From contig OZ024744.1 of assembly GCA_964016885.1 (NCBI GenBank), positions 2,976,001-3,040,000 of the forward strand: a stretch of DNA of 64,000 bases. The letters are read 5' to 3'. Made by a program: the position numbers and the translations under genes. Origin of the DNA: Eledone cirrhosa (taxonomy: Eukaryota). The notes under the pieces are model-generated. The model worked only from the letters and a program-made list of their open reading frames with translations. It made no database searches and was not told where the DNA came from. Positions 13,901 through 25,900 of this stretch are shown here, in pieces (position 1 is the stretch's first letter; the number at the start of each line of letters is the position of its first letter).

Positions 13901-16900
13901 GATAGCTTGGTGAAGAACGGAGTTTTGGGGGAAGACAAGGTAGAGAAAGATAGCTTGGTGAAGAACGAAGTTTTGGGAGAAGACAAGGTAGAGAAAGATA
14001 GCTTGGTGAAGAACGAAGTTTTGAGGGAAGACAATGTAGAGAAAGATAGCTTGGTGAAGAACGAAGTTTTGGGGAAGATAATGTAGAGAAAGATAGCTTG
14101 GTGAAGAACGAAGTTTTGGGGGAAGACAAGGTAGAGAAAGATAGCTTGGTGAAGAAGGAAGTTTTGGGAGAAGACAAGGTAAGAAAGATAGCTTGGTGAA
14201 GAACGAAGTTTTGAGGGAAGACAAGGTAGAGAAAGATAGCTTGGTGAAGAACGACGTTTTGAGGGAAGACAAGGTAGAGAAAGATAGCTTGGTGAAGAAC
14301 GACGTTTTGTGGGAAGACAAGGTAGAGAAAGATAGCTTGGTGAAGAACGAAGTTTTGGGGGAAGACAAGGTAGTGAAAGATAGCTTGGTGAAGAACGAAA
14401 TTTTGGGGGAAGACAAGGTAGAGAAAAATAGCTTGGTGAAGAACGAAGTTTTGGGGGAAGACAAGGTAGAGAAAGATAGCTTGGTGAAGAACGAAGTTTT
14501 GGGGGAAGACAAGGTAGAGAAAGATAGCTTGGTGAAGAACGAAGTTTTGAGGGAAGACAAGGTAGAGAAAGATAGCTTGGTGAATAACGAAGTTTTGGGA
14601 GAAGACAAGGTAGAGAAAGATAGTTGGTGAAGAACGAAGTTTTGAAGGAAGACAAGGCAGAGAAAGATAGCTTGGTGAAGAACGAAATTTTGAGGGAAGA
14701 CAAGGTAGAGAAATATAGCTTGGTGAAGAACGACGTTTTGGTGGAAGACAAGGTAGAGAAAGATAGCTTGGTGAAGAACGACGTTTTGTGGGAAGACAAG
14801 GTAGAGAAAGATAGCTTGGTGAAGAACGAAGTTTTGGGGGAAGACAAGGTAGAGAAAGATAGCTTGGTGAAGAACGGAGTTTTGGGGGAAGACAAGGTAG
14901 AGAAAGATAGCTTGGTGAAGAACGAAGTTTTGGGGGAAGACAAGGTAGAGAAAGATAGCTTGGTGAAGAACGAAGTTTTGAGGGAAGACAAGGTAGAGAA
15001 AGATAGCTTGGTGAAGAACGACGTTTTGTGGGAAGACAAGGTAGAGAAAGATAGCTTGGTGAATAACAAAGTTTTGGGAGAAGACAAGGTCGAGAAAGAT
15101 AGCTTGGTGAAGAACGAAGTTTTGTGGGAAGACAAGGTAGAGAAAGATAGCTTGGTGAAGAACGAAGTTTTGGGGGAAGACAAGGTAGAGAAAGATAGCT
15201 TGGTGAATAACGAAGTTTTGGGAGAAGACAAGGTAGAGAAAGATAGCTTGGTGAAGAACGACGTTTTGAGGGAAGACAAGGCAGAGAAAGATAGCTTGGT
15301 GAAGAACGAAGTTTTGGGGAAGACAATGTAGAGAAAGATAGCTTGGTGAAGAACGAAGTTTTGGGGGAAGACAAGGTAGAGAAAGATAGCTTGGTGAAGA
15401 ACGAAGTTTTGAGGGAAGACAAGGTAGAGAAAGATAGCTTGGTGAATAACGAAGTTTTGGGAGAAGACAAGGTAGAGAAAGATAGTTGGTGAAGAACGAA
15501 GTTTTGAAGGAAGACAAGGCAGAGAAAGATAGCTTGGTGAAGAACGAAGTTTTGAGGGAAGACAAGGTAGAGAAAGATAGCTTGGTGAAGAACGACGTTT
15601 TGTGGGAAGACAAGGTAGAGAAAGATAGCTTGGTGAAGAACGAAGTTTTGGGGGAAGACAAGGTAGAGAAAGATAGCTTGGTGAAGAACGAAGTTTTGGG
15701 GGAAGACAAGGTAGAGAAAGATAGCTTGGTGAAGAACGAAGTTTTGGGGAAGACAATGTAGAGAAAGATAGCTTGGTGAAGAACGAAGATTTGGGGGAAG
15801 ACAAGGTAGAGAAAGATAGCTTGGTGAAGAACGAAGTTTTGGGAGAAGACAAGGTAAAAAAAGATAGCTTGGTGAAGAACGATGTTTTGAGGGGAGACAA
15901 GGTAGAGAAAGATAGCTTGGTGAAGAACGACGTTTTGAGGGAAGACAAGGTAGAGAAAGATAGCTTGGTGAAGAACGACGTTTTGTGGGAAGACAAGGTA
16001 GAGAAAGATAGCTTGGTGAAGAACGAAGTTTTGGGGGAAGACAAGGTAGAGAAAGATAGCTTGGTGAAGAACGGAGTTTTGGGGGAAGACAAGGTAGAGA
16101 AAGATAGCTTGGTGAAGAACGAAGTTTTGGGAGAAGACAAGGTAGAGAAAGATAGCTTGGTGAAGAACGAAGTTTTGAGGGAAGACAATGTAGAGAAAGA
16201 TAGCTTGGTGAAGAACGAAGTTTTGGGGAAGATAATGTAGAGAAAGATAGCTTGGTGAAGAACGAAGTTTTGGGGGAAGACAAGGTAGAGAAAGATAGCT
16301 TGGTGAAGAAGGAAGTTTTGGGAGAAGACAAGGTAAGAAAGATAGCTTGGTGAAGAACGAAGTTTTGAGGGAAGACAAGGTAGAGAAAGATAGCTTGGTG
16401 AAGAACGACGTTTTGAGGGAAGACAAGGTAGAGAAAGATAGCTTGGTGAAGAACGACGTTTTGTGGGAAGACAAGGTAGAGAAAGATAGCTTGGTGAAGA
16501 ACGAAGTTTTGGGGGAAGACAAGGTAGTGAAAGATAGCTTGGTGAAGAACGAAATTTTGGGGGAAGACAAGGTAGAGAAAAATAGCTTGGTGAAGAACGA
16601 AGTTTTGGGGGAAGACAAGGTAGAGAAAGATAGCTTGGTGAAGAACGAAGTTTTGGGGGAAGACAAGGTAGAGAAAGATAGCTTGGTGAAGAACGGAGTT
16701 TTGGGGGAAGACAAGGTAGAGAAAGATAGCTTGGTGAAGAACGAAGTTTTGGGGGAAGACAAGGTAGAGAAAGATAGCTTGGTGAAGAACGAAGTTTTGA
16801 GGGAAGACAAGGTAGAGAAAGATAGCTTGGTGAAGAACGACGTTTTGTGGGAAGACAAGGTAGAGAAAGATAGCTTGGTGAATAACAAAGTTTTGGGAGA

Positions 16901-17879
16901 AGACAAGGTCGAGAAAGATAGCTTGGTGAAGAACGAAGTTTTGTGGGAAGACAAGGTAGAGAAAGATAGCTTGGTGAAGAACGAAGTTTTGGGGGAAGAC
17001 AAGGTAGAGAAAGATAGCTTGGTGAATAACGAAGTTTTGGGAGAAGACAAGGTAGAGAAAGATAGCTTGGTGAAGAACGACGTTTTGAGGGAAGACAAGG
17101 CAGAGAAAGATAGCTTGGTGAAGAACGAAGTTTTGGGGAAGACAATGTAGAGAAAGATAGCTTGGTGAAGAACGAAGTTTTGGGGGAAGACAAGGTAGAG
17201 AAAGATAGCTTGGTGAAGAACGAAGTTTTGAGGGAAGACAAGGTAGAGAAAGATAGCTTGGTGAATAACGAAGTTTTGGGAGAAGACAAGGTAGAGAAAG
17301 ATAGTTGGTGAAGAACGAAGTTTTGAAGGAAGACAAGGCAGAGAAAGATAGCTTGGTGAAGAACGAAGTTTTGAGGGAAGACAAGGTAGAGAAAGATAGC
17401 TTGGTGAAGAACGACGTTTTGTGGGAAGACAAGGTAGAGAAAGATAGCTTGGTGAAGAACGAAGTTTTGGGGGAAGACAAGGTAGAGAAAGATAGCTTGG
17501 TGAAGAACGAAGTTTTGGGGGAAGACAAGGTAGAGAAAGATAGCTTGGTGAAGAACGAAGTTTTGGGGAAGACAATGTAGAGAAAGATAGCTTGGTGAAG
17601 AACAAAGATTTGGGGGAAGACAAGGTAGAGAAAGATAGCTTGGTGAAGAACGAAGTTTTGGGAGAAGACAAGGTAAAAAAAGATAGCTTGGTGAAGAACG
17701 ATGTTTTGAGGGGAGACAAGGTAGAGAAAGATAGCTTGGTGAAGAACGACGTTTTGAGGGAAGACAAGGTAGAGAAAGATAGCTTGGTGAAGAACGACGT
17801 TTTGTGGGAAGACAAGGTAGAGAAAGATAGCTTGGTGAAGAACGAAGTTTTGGGGGAAGACAAGGTAGAGAAAGATAGC

Positions 17880-20800
17880 TTGGTGAAGAACGGAGTTTTG
17901 GGGGAAGACAAGGTAGAGAAAGATAGCTTGGTGAAGAACGAAGTTTTGGGAGAAGACAAGGTAGAGAAAGATAGCTTGGTGAAGAACGAAGTTTTGAGGG
18001 AAGACAATGTAGAGAAAGATAGCTTGGTGAAGAACGAAGTTTTGGGGAAGATAATGTAGAGAAAGATAGCTTGGTGAAGAACGAAGTTTTGGGGGAAGAC
18101 AAGGTAGAGAAAGATAGCTTGGTGAAGAAGGAAGTTTTGGGAGAAGACAAGGTAAGAAAGATAGCTTGGTGAAGAACGAAGTTTTGAGGGAAGACAAGGT
18201 AGAGAAAGATAGCTTGGTGAAGAACGACGTTTTGAGGGAAGACAAGGTAGAGAAAGATAGCTTGGTGAAGAACGACGTTTTGTGGGAAGACAAGGTAGAG
18301 AAAGATAGCTTGGTGAAGAACGAAGTTTTGGGGGAAGACAAGGTAGTGAAAGATAGCTTGGTGAAGAACGAAATTTTGGGGGAAGACAAGGTAGAGAAAG
18401 ATAGCTTGGTGAAGAACGAAGTTTTGGGGGAAGACAAGTTAGAGAAAGATAGCTTGGTGAAGAACGAAGTTTTGGGGAAGACAATGTAGAGAAAGATAGC
18501 TTGGTGAAGAACGAAGTTTTGGGGGAAGACAAGGTAGAGAAAGATAGCTTGGTGAATAACGAAGTTTTGGGGAAGACAATGTAGAGAAAGATAGCTTGGT
18601 GAAGAACGAAGTTTTGGGGGAAGACAAGGTAGAGAAAGATAGCTTGGTGAAGAGGGAAGTTTTGGGAGAAGACAAGGTAGAGAAAGATAGCTTGGTGAAT
18701 AACGAAGTTTTGGGAGAAGACAAGGTAGAGAAAGATAGCTTGGTGAAGAACGATATATTGGGGAAGACAATGTAGAGAAAAATAGCTTGGTGAAGAACGA
18801 AGTTTTGGGGGAAACAAGGTAGAGAAAGATAGCTTGGTGAAGAACGAAGTTTTGAGGGAAGACAAGGTAGAGAAAGATAGCTTGGTGAATAACGAAGTTT
18901 TGGGAGAAGACAAGGTAGAGAAAGATAGCTTGGTGAAGAACGAAGTTTTGGGGGAAGACAATGTAGAGAAAGATAGCTTGGTGAAGAACGGAGTTTTGGG
19001 GGAAGACAAGGTAGAGAAAGATAGCTTGGTGAAGAACGAAGTTGTGGGGGAAGACAAGGTAGAGAAAGATAGCTTGGTGAAGAACGAAGTTTTGAGGGAA
19101 GACAATGTAGAGAAAGATAGCTTGGTGAAGAACGAAGTTTTGGGGAAGACAATGTAGAGAAAGATAGCTTGGTGAAGAACGAAGTTTTGGGGGAAGACAA
19201 GGTAGAGAAAGATAGCTTGTTGAAGAGGGAAGTTTTGGGAGAAGACAAGGTAGAGAAAGATAGCTTGGTGAAGAACGAAGTTTTGAGGGAAGACAAGGTA
19301 GAGAAAGATAGCTTGGTGAAGAACGACGTTTTGAGGGAAGACAAGGTAGAGAAAGATAGCTTGGTGAAGAACGACGTTTTGTGGGAAGACAAGGTAGAGA
19401 AAGATAGCTTGGTGAAGAACGAAGTTTTGGGGAAGACAATGTAGAGAAAGATAGCTTGGTGAAGAACGAAGTTTTGGGGGAAGACAAGGTAGAGAAAGAT
19501 AGCTTGGTGAATAACGAAGTTTTGGGAGAAGACAAGGTCGAGAAAGATAGCTTGGTGAAGAACGACGTTTTGGTGGAAGACAAGGTAGAGAAAGATAGCT
19601 TGGTGAAGAACGATATTTTGGGGTAGACAATGTAGAGAAAGATAGCTTGGTGAAGAACGAAGTTTTGGGGGAAGACAAGGTAGAGAAAGATAGCTTGGTG
19701 AAGAACGAAGTTTTGAGGGAAGACAAGGTAGAGAAAGATAGCTTGGTGAATAACGAAGTTTTGGGAGAAGACAAGGTAGAGAAAGATAGTTGGTGAAGAA
19801 CGAAGTTTTGAGGGAAGACAAGGTAGAGAAAGATAGCTTGGTGAAGAACGACGTTTTGTGGGAAGACAAGGTAGAGAAAGATAGCTTGGTGAAGAACGGA
19901 GTTTTGGGGGAAGACAAGGTAGAGAAAGATAGCTTGGTGAAGAACGAAGTTTTGGGGGAAGACAAGGTAGAGAAAGATAGCTTGGTGAAGAACGAAGTTT
20001 TGAGGGAAGACAATGTAGAGAAAGATAGCTTGGTGAAGAACGAAGTTTTGGGGAAGATAATGTAGAGAAAGATAGCTTGGTGAAGAACGAAGTTTTCGGG
20101 GAAGACAAGGTAGAGAAAGATAGCTTGGTGAAGAAGGAAGTTTTGGGAGAAGACAAGGTAAGAAAGATAGCTTGGTGAAGAACGAAGTTTTGAGGGAAGA
20201 CAAGGTAGAGAAAGATAGCTTGGTGAAGAACGACGTTTTGAGGGAAGACAAGGTAGAGAAAGATAGCTTGGTGAAGAACGACGTTTTGTGGGAAGACAAG
20301 GTAGAGAAAGATAGCTTGGTGAAGAACGAAGTTTTGGTGGAAGACAAGGTAGTGAAAGATAGCTTGGTGAAGAACGAAATTTTGGGGGAAGACAAGGTAG
20401 AGAAAGATAGATTGGTGAAGAACGGAGTTTTGGGGGAAGACAAGGTAGAGAAAGATAGCTTGGTGAAGAACGAAGTTTTGGGAGAAGACAAGGTAGAGAA
20501 AGATAGCTTGGTGAAGAACGAAGTTTTGAGGGAAGACAATGTAGAGAAAGATAGCTTGGTGAAGAACGAAGTTTTGGGGAAGATAATGTAGAGAAAGATA
20601 GCTTGGTGAAGAACGAAGTTTTGGGGGAAGACAAGGTAGAGAAAGATAGCTTGGTGAAGAAGGAAGTTTTGGGAGAAGACAAGGTAAGAAAGATAGCTTG
20701 GTGAAGAACGAAGTTTTGAGGGAAGACAAGGTAGAGAAAGATAGCTTGGTGAAGAACGACGTTTTGGTGGAAGACAAGGTAGAGAAAGATAGCTTGGTGA

Positions 20801-22943
20801 AGAACGACGTTTTGTGGGAAGACAAGGTAGAGAAAGATAGCTTGGTGAAGAACGAAGTTTTGGGGGAAGACAAGGTAGTGAAAGATAGCTTGGTGAAGAA
20901 CGAAATTTTGGGGGAAGACAAGGTAGAGAAAGATAGCTTGGTGAAGAACGAAGTTTTGGGGGAAGACAAGTTAGAGAAAGATAGCTTGGTGAAGAACGAA
21001 GTTTTGGGGAAGACAATGTAGAGAAAGATAGCTTGGTGAAGAACGAAGTTTTGGGGGAAGACAAGGTAGAGAAAGATAGCTTGGTGAATAACGAAGTTTT
21101 GGGGAAGACAATGTAGAGAAAGATAGCTTGGTGAAGAACGAAGTTTTGGGGGAAGACAAGGTAGAGAAAGATAGCTTGGTGAAGAGGGAAGTTTTGGGAG
21201 AAGACAAGGTAGAGAAAGATAGCTTGGTGAATAACGAAGTTTTGGGAGAAGACAAGGTAGAGAAAGATAGCTTGGTGAAGAACGATATATTGGGGAAGAC
21301 AATGTAGAGAAAGATAGCTTGGTGAAGAACGAAGTTTTGGGGGAAACAAGGTAGAGAAAGATAGCTTGGTGAAGAACGAAGTTTTGAGGGAAGACAAGGT
21401 AGAGAAAGATAGCTTGGTGAATAACGAAGTTTTGGGAGAAGACAAGGTAGAGAAAGATAGCTTGGTGAAGAACGAAGTTTTGGGGGAAGACAATGTAGAG
21501 AAAGATAGCTTGGTGAAGAACGGAGTTTTGGGGGAAGACAAGGTAGAGAAAGATAGCTTGGTGAAGAACGAAGTTGTGGGGGAAGACAAGGTAGAGAAAG
21601 ATAGCTTGGTGAAGAACGAAGTTTTGAGGGAAGACAATGTAGAGAAAGATAGCTTGGTGAAGAACGAAGTTTTGGGGAAGACAATGTAGAGAAAGATAGC
21701 TTGGTGAAGAACGAAGTTTTGGGGGAAGACAAGGTAGAGAAAGATAGCTTGTTGAAGAGGGAAGTTTTGGGAGAAGACAAGGTAGAGAAAGATAGCTTGG
21801 TGAAGAACGAAGTTTTGAGGGAAGACAAGGTAGAGAAAGATAGCTTGGTGAAGAACGACGTTTTGAGGGAAGACAAGGTAGAGAAAGATAGCTTGGTGAA
21901 GAACGACGTTTTGTGGGAAGACAAGGTAGAGAAAGATAGCTTGGTGAAGAACGAAGTTTTGGGGAAGACAATGTAGAGAAAGATAGCTTGGTGAAGAACG
22001 AAGTTTTGGGGGAAGACAAGGTAGAGAAAGATAGCTTGGTGAATAACGAAGTTTTGGGAGAAGACAAGGTCGAGAAAGATAGCTTGGTGAAGAACGACGT
22101 TTTGGTGGAAGACAAGGTAGAGAAAGATAGCTTGGTGAAGAACGATATTTTGGGGTAGACAATGTAGAGAAAGATAGCTTGGTGAAGAACGAAGTTTTGG
22201 GGGAAGACAAGGTAGAGAAAGATAGCTTGGTGAAGAACGAAGTTTTGAGGGAAGACAAGGTAGAGAAAGATAGCTTGGTGAATAACGAAGTTTTGGGAGA
22301 AGACAAGGTAGAGAAAGATAGTTGGTGAAGAACGAAGTTTTGAGGGAAGACAAGGTAGAGAAAGATAGCTTGGTGAAGAACGACGTTTTGTGGGAAGACA
22401 AGGTAGAGAAAGATAGCTTGGTGAAGAACGGAGTTTTGGGGGAAGACAAGGTAGAGAAAGATAGCTTGGTGAAGAACGAAGTTTTGGGGGAAGACAAGGT
22501 AGAGAAAGATAGCTTGGTGAAGAACGAAGTTTTGAGGGAAGACAATGTAGAGAAAGATAGCTTGGTGAAGAACGAAGTTTTGGGGAAGATAATGTAGAGA
22601 AAGATAGCTTGGTGAAGAACGAAGTTTTGGGGGAAGACAAGGTAGAGAAAGATAGCTTGGTGAAGAAGGAAGTTTTGGGAGAAGACAAGGTAAGAAAGAT
22701 AGCTTGGTGAAGAACGAAGTTTTGAGGGAAGACAAGGTAGAGAAAGATAGCTTGGTGAAGAACGACGTTTTGAGGGAAGACAAGGTAGAGAAAGATAGCT
22801 TGGTGAAGAACGACGTTTTGTGGGAAGACAAGGTAGAGAAAGATAGCTTGGTGAAGAACGAAGTTTTGGTGGAAGACAAGGTAGTGAAAGATAGCTTGGT
22901 GAAGAACGAAATTTTGGGGGAAGACAAGGTAGAGAAAGATAGA
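17880..22943. repeat. Tandem duplication, 2532 bp unit (53 monomers)
   Basis: ORF starts 18166/20698, 18834/21366, 19169/21701, 19790/22322 and 20172/22704. Shared private variants CTTGTTGAAGAGG and AAGTTAGAG (18439/20971). Confidence 0.9.
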
Positions 22944-25900
22944 TTGGTGAAGAACGAAGTTTTGGGGGAAGACAAGGTAGAGAAAGATAGCTTGGTGAAG
23001 AACGAAGTTTTGGGGAAGACAATGTAGAGAAAGATAGCTTGGTGAAGAACGAAGTTTTGGGGGAAGACAAGGTAGAGAAAGATAGCTTGGTGAATAACGA
23101 AGTTTTGGGAGAAGACAAGGTCGAGAAAGATAGCTTGGTGAAGAACGAAATTTTGAGGGAAGACAAGGTAGAGAAAGATAGCTTGGTGAAGAACGACGTT
23201 TTGGTGGAAGACAAGGTAGAGAAAGATAGCTTGGTGAAGAACGATATTTTGGGGAAGACAATGTAGAGAAAGATAGCTTGGTGAAGAACGAAGTTTTGGG
23301 GGAAGACAAGGTAGAGAAAGATAGCTTGGTGAAGAACGAAGTTTTGAGGGAAGACAAGGTAGAGAAAGATAGCTTGGTGAATAACGAAGTTTTGGGAGAA
23401 GACAAGGTAGAGAAAGATAGCTTGGTGAAGAACGATATTTTGGGGTAGACAATGTAGAGAAAGATAGCTTGGTGAAGAACGAAGTTTTGGGGGAAGACAA
23501 GGTAGAGAAAGATAGCTTGGTGAAGAACGAAGTTTTGAGGGAAGACAAGGTAGAGAAAGATAGCTTGGTGAATAACGAAGTTTTGGGAGAAGACAAGGTA
23601 GAGAAAGATAGTTGGTGAAGAACGAAGTTTTGAGGGAAGACAAGGTAGAGAAAGATAGCTTGGTGAAGAACGACGTTTTGTGGGAAGACAAGGTAGAGAA
23701 AGATAGCTTGGTGAAGAACGGAGTTTTGGGGGAAGACAAGGTAGAGAAAGATAGCTTGGTGAAGAACGAAGTTTTGGGGGAAGACAAGGTAGAGAAAGAT
23801 AGCTTGGTGAAGAACGAAGTTTTGAGGGAAGACAATGTAGAGAAAGATAGCTTGGTGAAGAACGAAGTTTTGGGGGAAGACAAGGTAGAGAAAGATAGCT
23901 TGGTGAAGAAGGAAGTTTTGGGAGAAGACAAGGTAAGAAAGATAGCTTGGTGAAGAACGAAGTTTTGAGGGAAGACAAGGTAGAGAAAGATAGCTTGGTG
24001 AAGAACGACGTTTTGAGGGAAGACAAGGTAGAGAAAGATAGCTTGGTGAAGAACGACGTTTTGTGGGAAGACAAGGTAGAGAAAGATAGCTTGGTGAAGA
24101 ACGAAGTTTTGGGGGAAGACAAGGTAGTGAAAGATAGCTTGGTGAAGAACGAAATTTTGGGGGAAGACAAGGTAGAGAAAGATAGATTGGTGAAGAACGA
24201 AGTTTTGGGGGAAGACAAGGTAGAGAAAGATAGCTTGGTGAAGAACGAAGTTTTGGGGAAGACAATGTAGAGAAAGATAGCTTGGTGAAGAACGAAGTTT
24301 TGGGGGAAGACAAGGTAGAGAAAGATAGCTTGGTGAATAACGAAGTTTTGGGAGAAGACAAGGTCGAGAAAGATAGCTTGGTGAAGAACGAAATTTTGAG
24401 GGAAGACAAGGTAGAGAAAGATAGCTTGGTGAAGAACGACGTTTTGGTGGAAGACAAGGTAGAGAAAGATAGCTTGGTGAAGAACGATATTTTGGGGAAG
24501 ACAATGTAGAGAAAGATAGCTTGGTGAAGAACGAAGTTTTGGGGGAAGACAAGGTAGAGAAAGATAGCTTGGTGAAGAACGAAGTTTTGAGGGAAGACAA
24601 GGTAGAGAAAGATAGCTTGGTGAATAACGAAGTTTTGGGAGAAGACAAGGTAGAGAAAGATAGCTTGGTGAAGAACGAAGTTTTGGGGGAAGACAAGGTA
24701 GAGAAAGATAGCTTGGTGAAGAACGGAGTTTTGGGGGAAGACAAGGTAGAGAAAGATAGCTTGGTGAAGAACGAAGTTGTGGGGGAAGACAAGGTAGAGA
24801 AAGATAGCTTGGTGAAGAACGAAGTTTTGAGGGAAGACAATGTAGAGAAAGATAGCTTGGTGAAGAACGAAGTTTTGGGGAAGACAATGTAGAGAAAGAT
24901 AGCATGGTGAAGAACGAAGTTTTGGGGGAAGACAAGGTAGAGAAAGATAGCTTGGTGAATAACGAAGTTTTGGGGAAGACAATGTAGAGAAAGATAGCTT
25001 GGTGAAGAACGAAGTTTTGGAGGAAGACAAGGTAGAGAAAGATAGCTTGGTGAAGAGGGAAGTTTTGGGAGAAGACAAGGTAGAGAAAGATAGCTTGGTG
25101 AATAACGAAGTTTTGGGAGAAGACAAGGTAGAGAAAGATAGCTTGGTGAAGAACGATATATTGGGGAAGACAATGTAGAGAAAGATAGCTTGGTGAAGAA
25201 CGAAGTTTTGGGGGAAACAAGGTAGAGAAAGATAGCTTGGTGAAGAACGAAGTTTTGAGGGAAGACAAGGTAGAGAAAGATAGCTTGGTGAATAACGAAG
25301 TTTTGGGAGAAGACAAGGTAGAGAAAGATAGCTTGGTGAAGAACGATATTTTGGGGTAGACAATGTAGAGAAAGATAGCTTGGTGAAGAACGAAGTTTTG
25401 GGGGAAGACAAGGTAGAGAAAGATAGCTTGGTGAAGAACGAAGTTTTGAGGGAAGACAAGGTAGAGAAAGATAGCTTGGTGAATAACGAAGTTTTGGGAG
25501 AAGACAAGGTAGAGAAAGATAGTTGGTGAAGAACGAAGTTTTGAGGGAAGACAAGGTAGAGAAAGATAGCTTGGTGAAGAACGACGTTTTGTGGGAAGAC
25601 AAGGTAGAGAAAGATAGCTTGGTGAAGAACGGAGTTTTGGGGGAAGACAAGGTAGAGAAAGATAGCTTGGTGAAGAACGAAGTTTTGGGGGAAGACAAGG
25701 TAGAGAAAGATAGCTTGGTGAAGAACGAAGTTTTGAGGGAAGACAATGTAGAGAAAGATAGCTTGGTGAAGAACGAAGTTTTGGGGGAAGACAAGGTAGA
25801 GAAAGATAGCTTGGTGAAGAAGGAAGTTTTGGGAGAAGACAAGGTAAGAAAGATAGCTTGGTGAAGAACGAAGTTTTGAGGGAAGACAAGGTAGAGAAAG

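Larger units (their letters stand above)
1..18500. repeat. Array sub-domain A
   Basis: Diagnostic variants: GGTAAAAAAAGAT (~2550, 6715, 8868, 12265, 15855, 17675), GAGGGGAGAC, AATAACAAAG...GGTCGAG and frequent AAGGCAGAG. Lacks AAGAGGGAAG and GGGATGAC. Boundary approximate. Confidence 0.8.

Noticed and set aside
18807-18816. G GGA AAC slippery-like heptamer (also ~21339, 25211, 27122) suggesting programmed -1 frameshifting
   Set aside because: It arises from a single G deletion in GGAAGAC and occurs in only four duplicated monomers. The C-poor downstream sequence cannot form a stimulatory structure.
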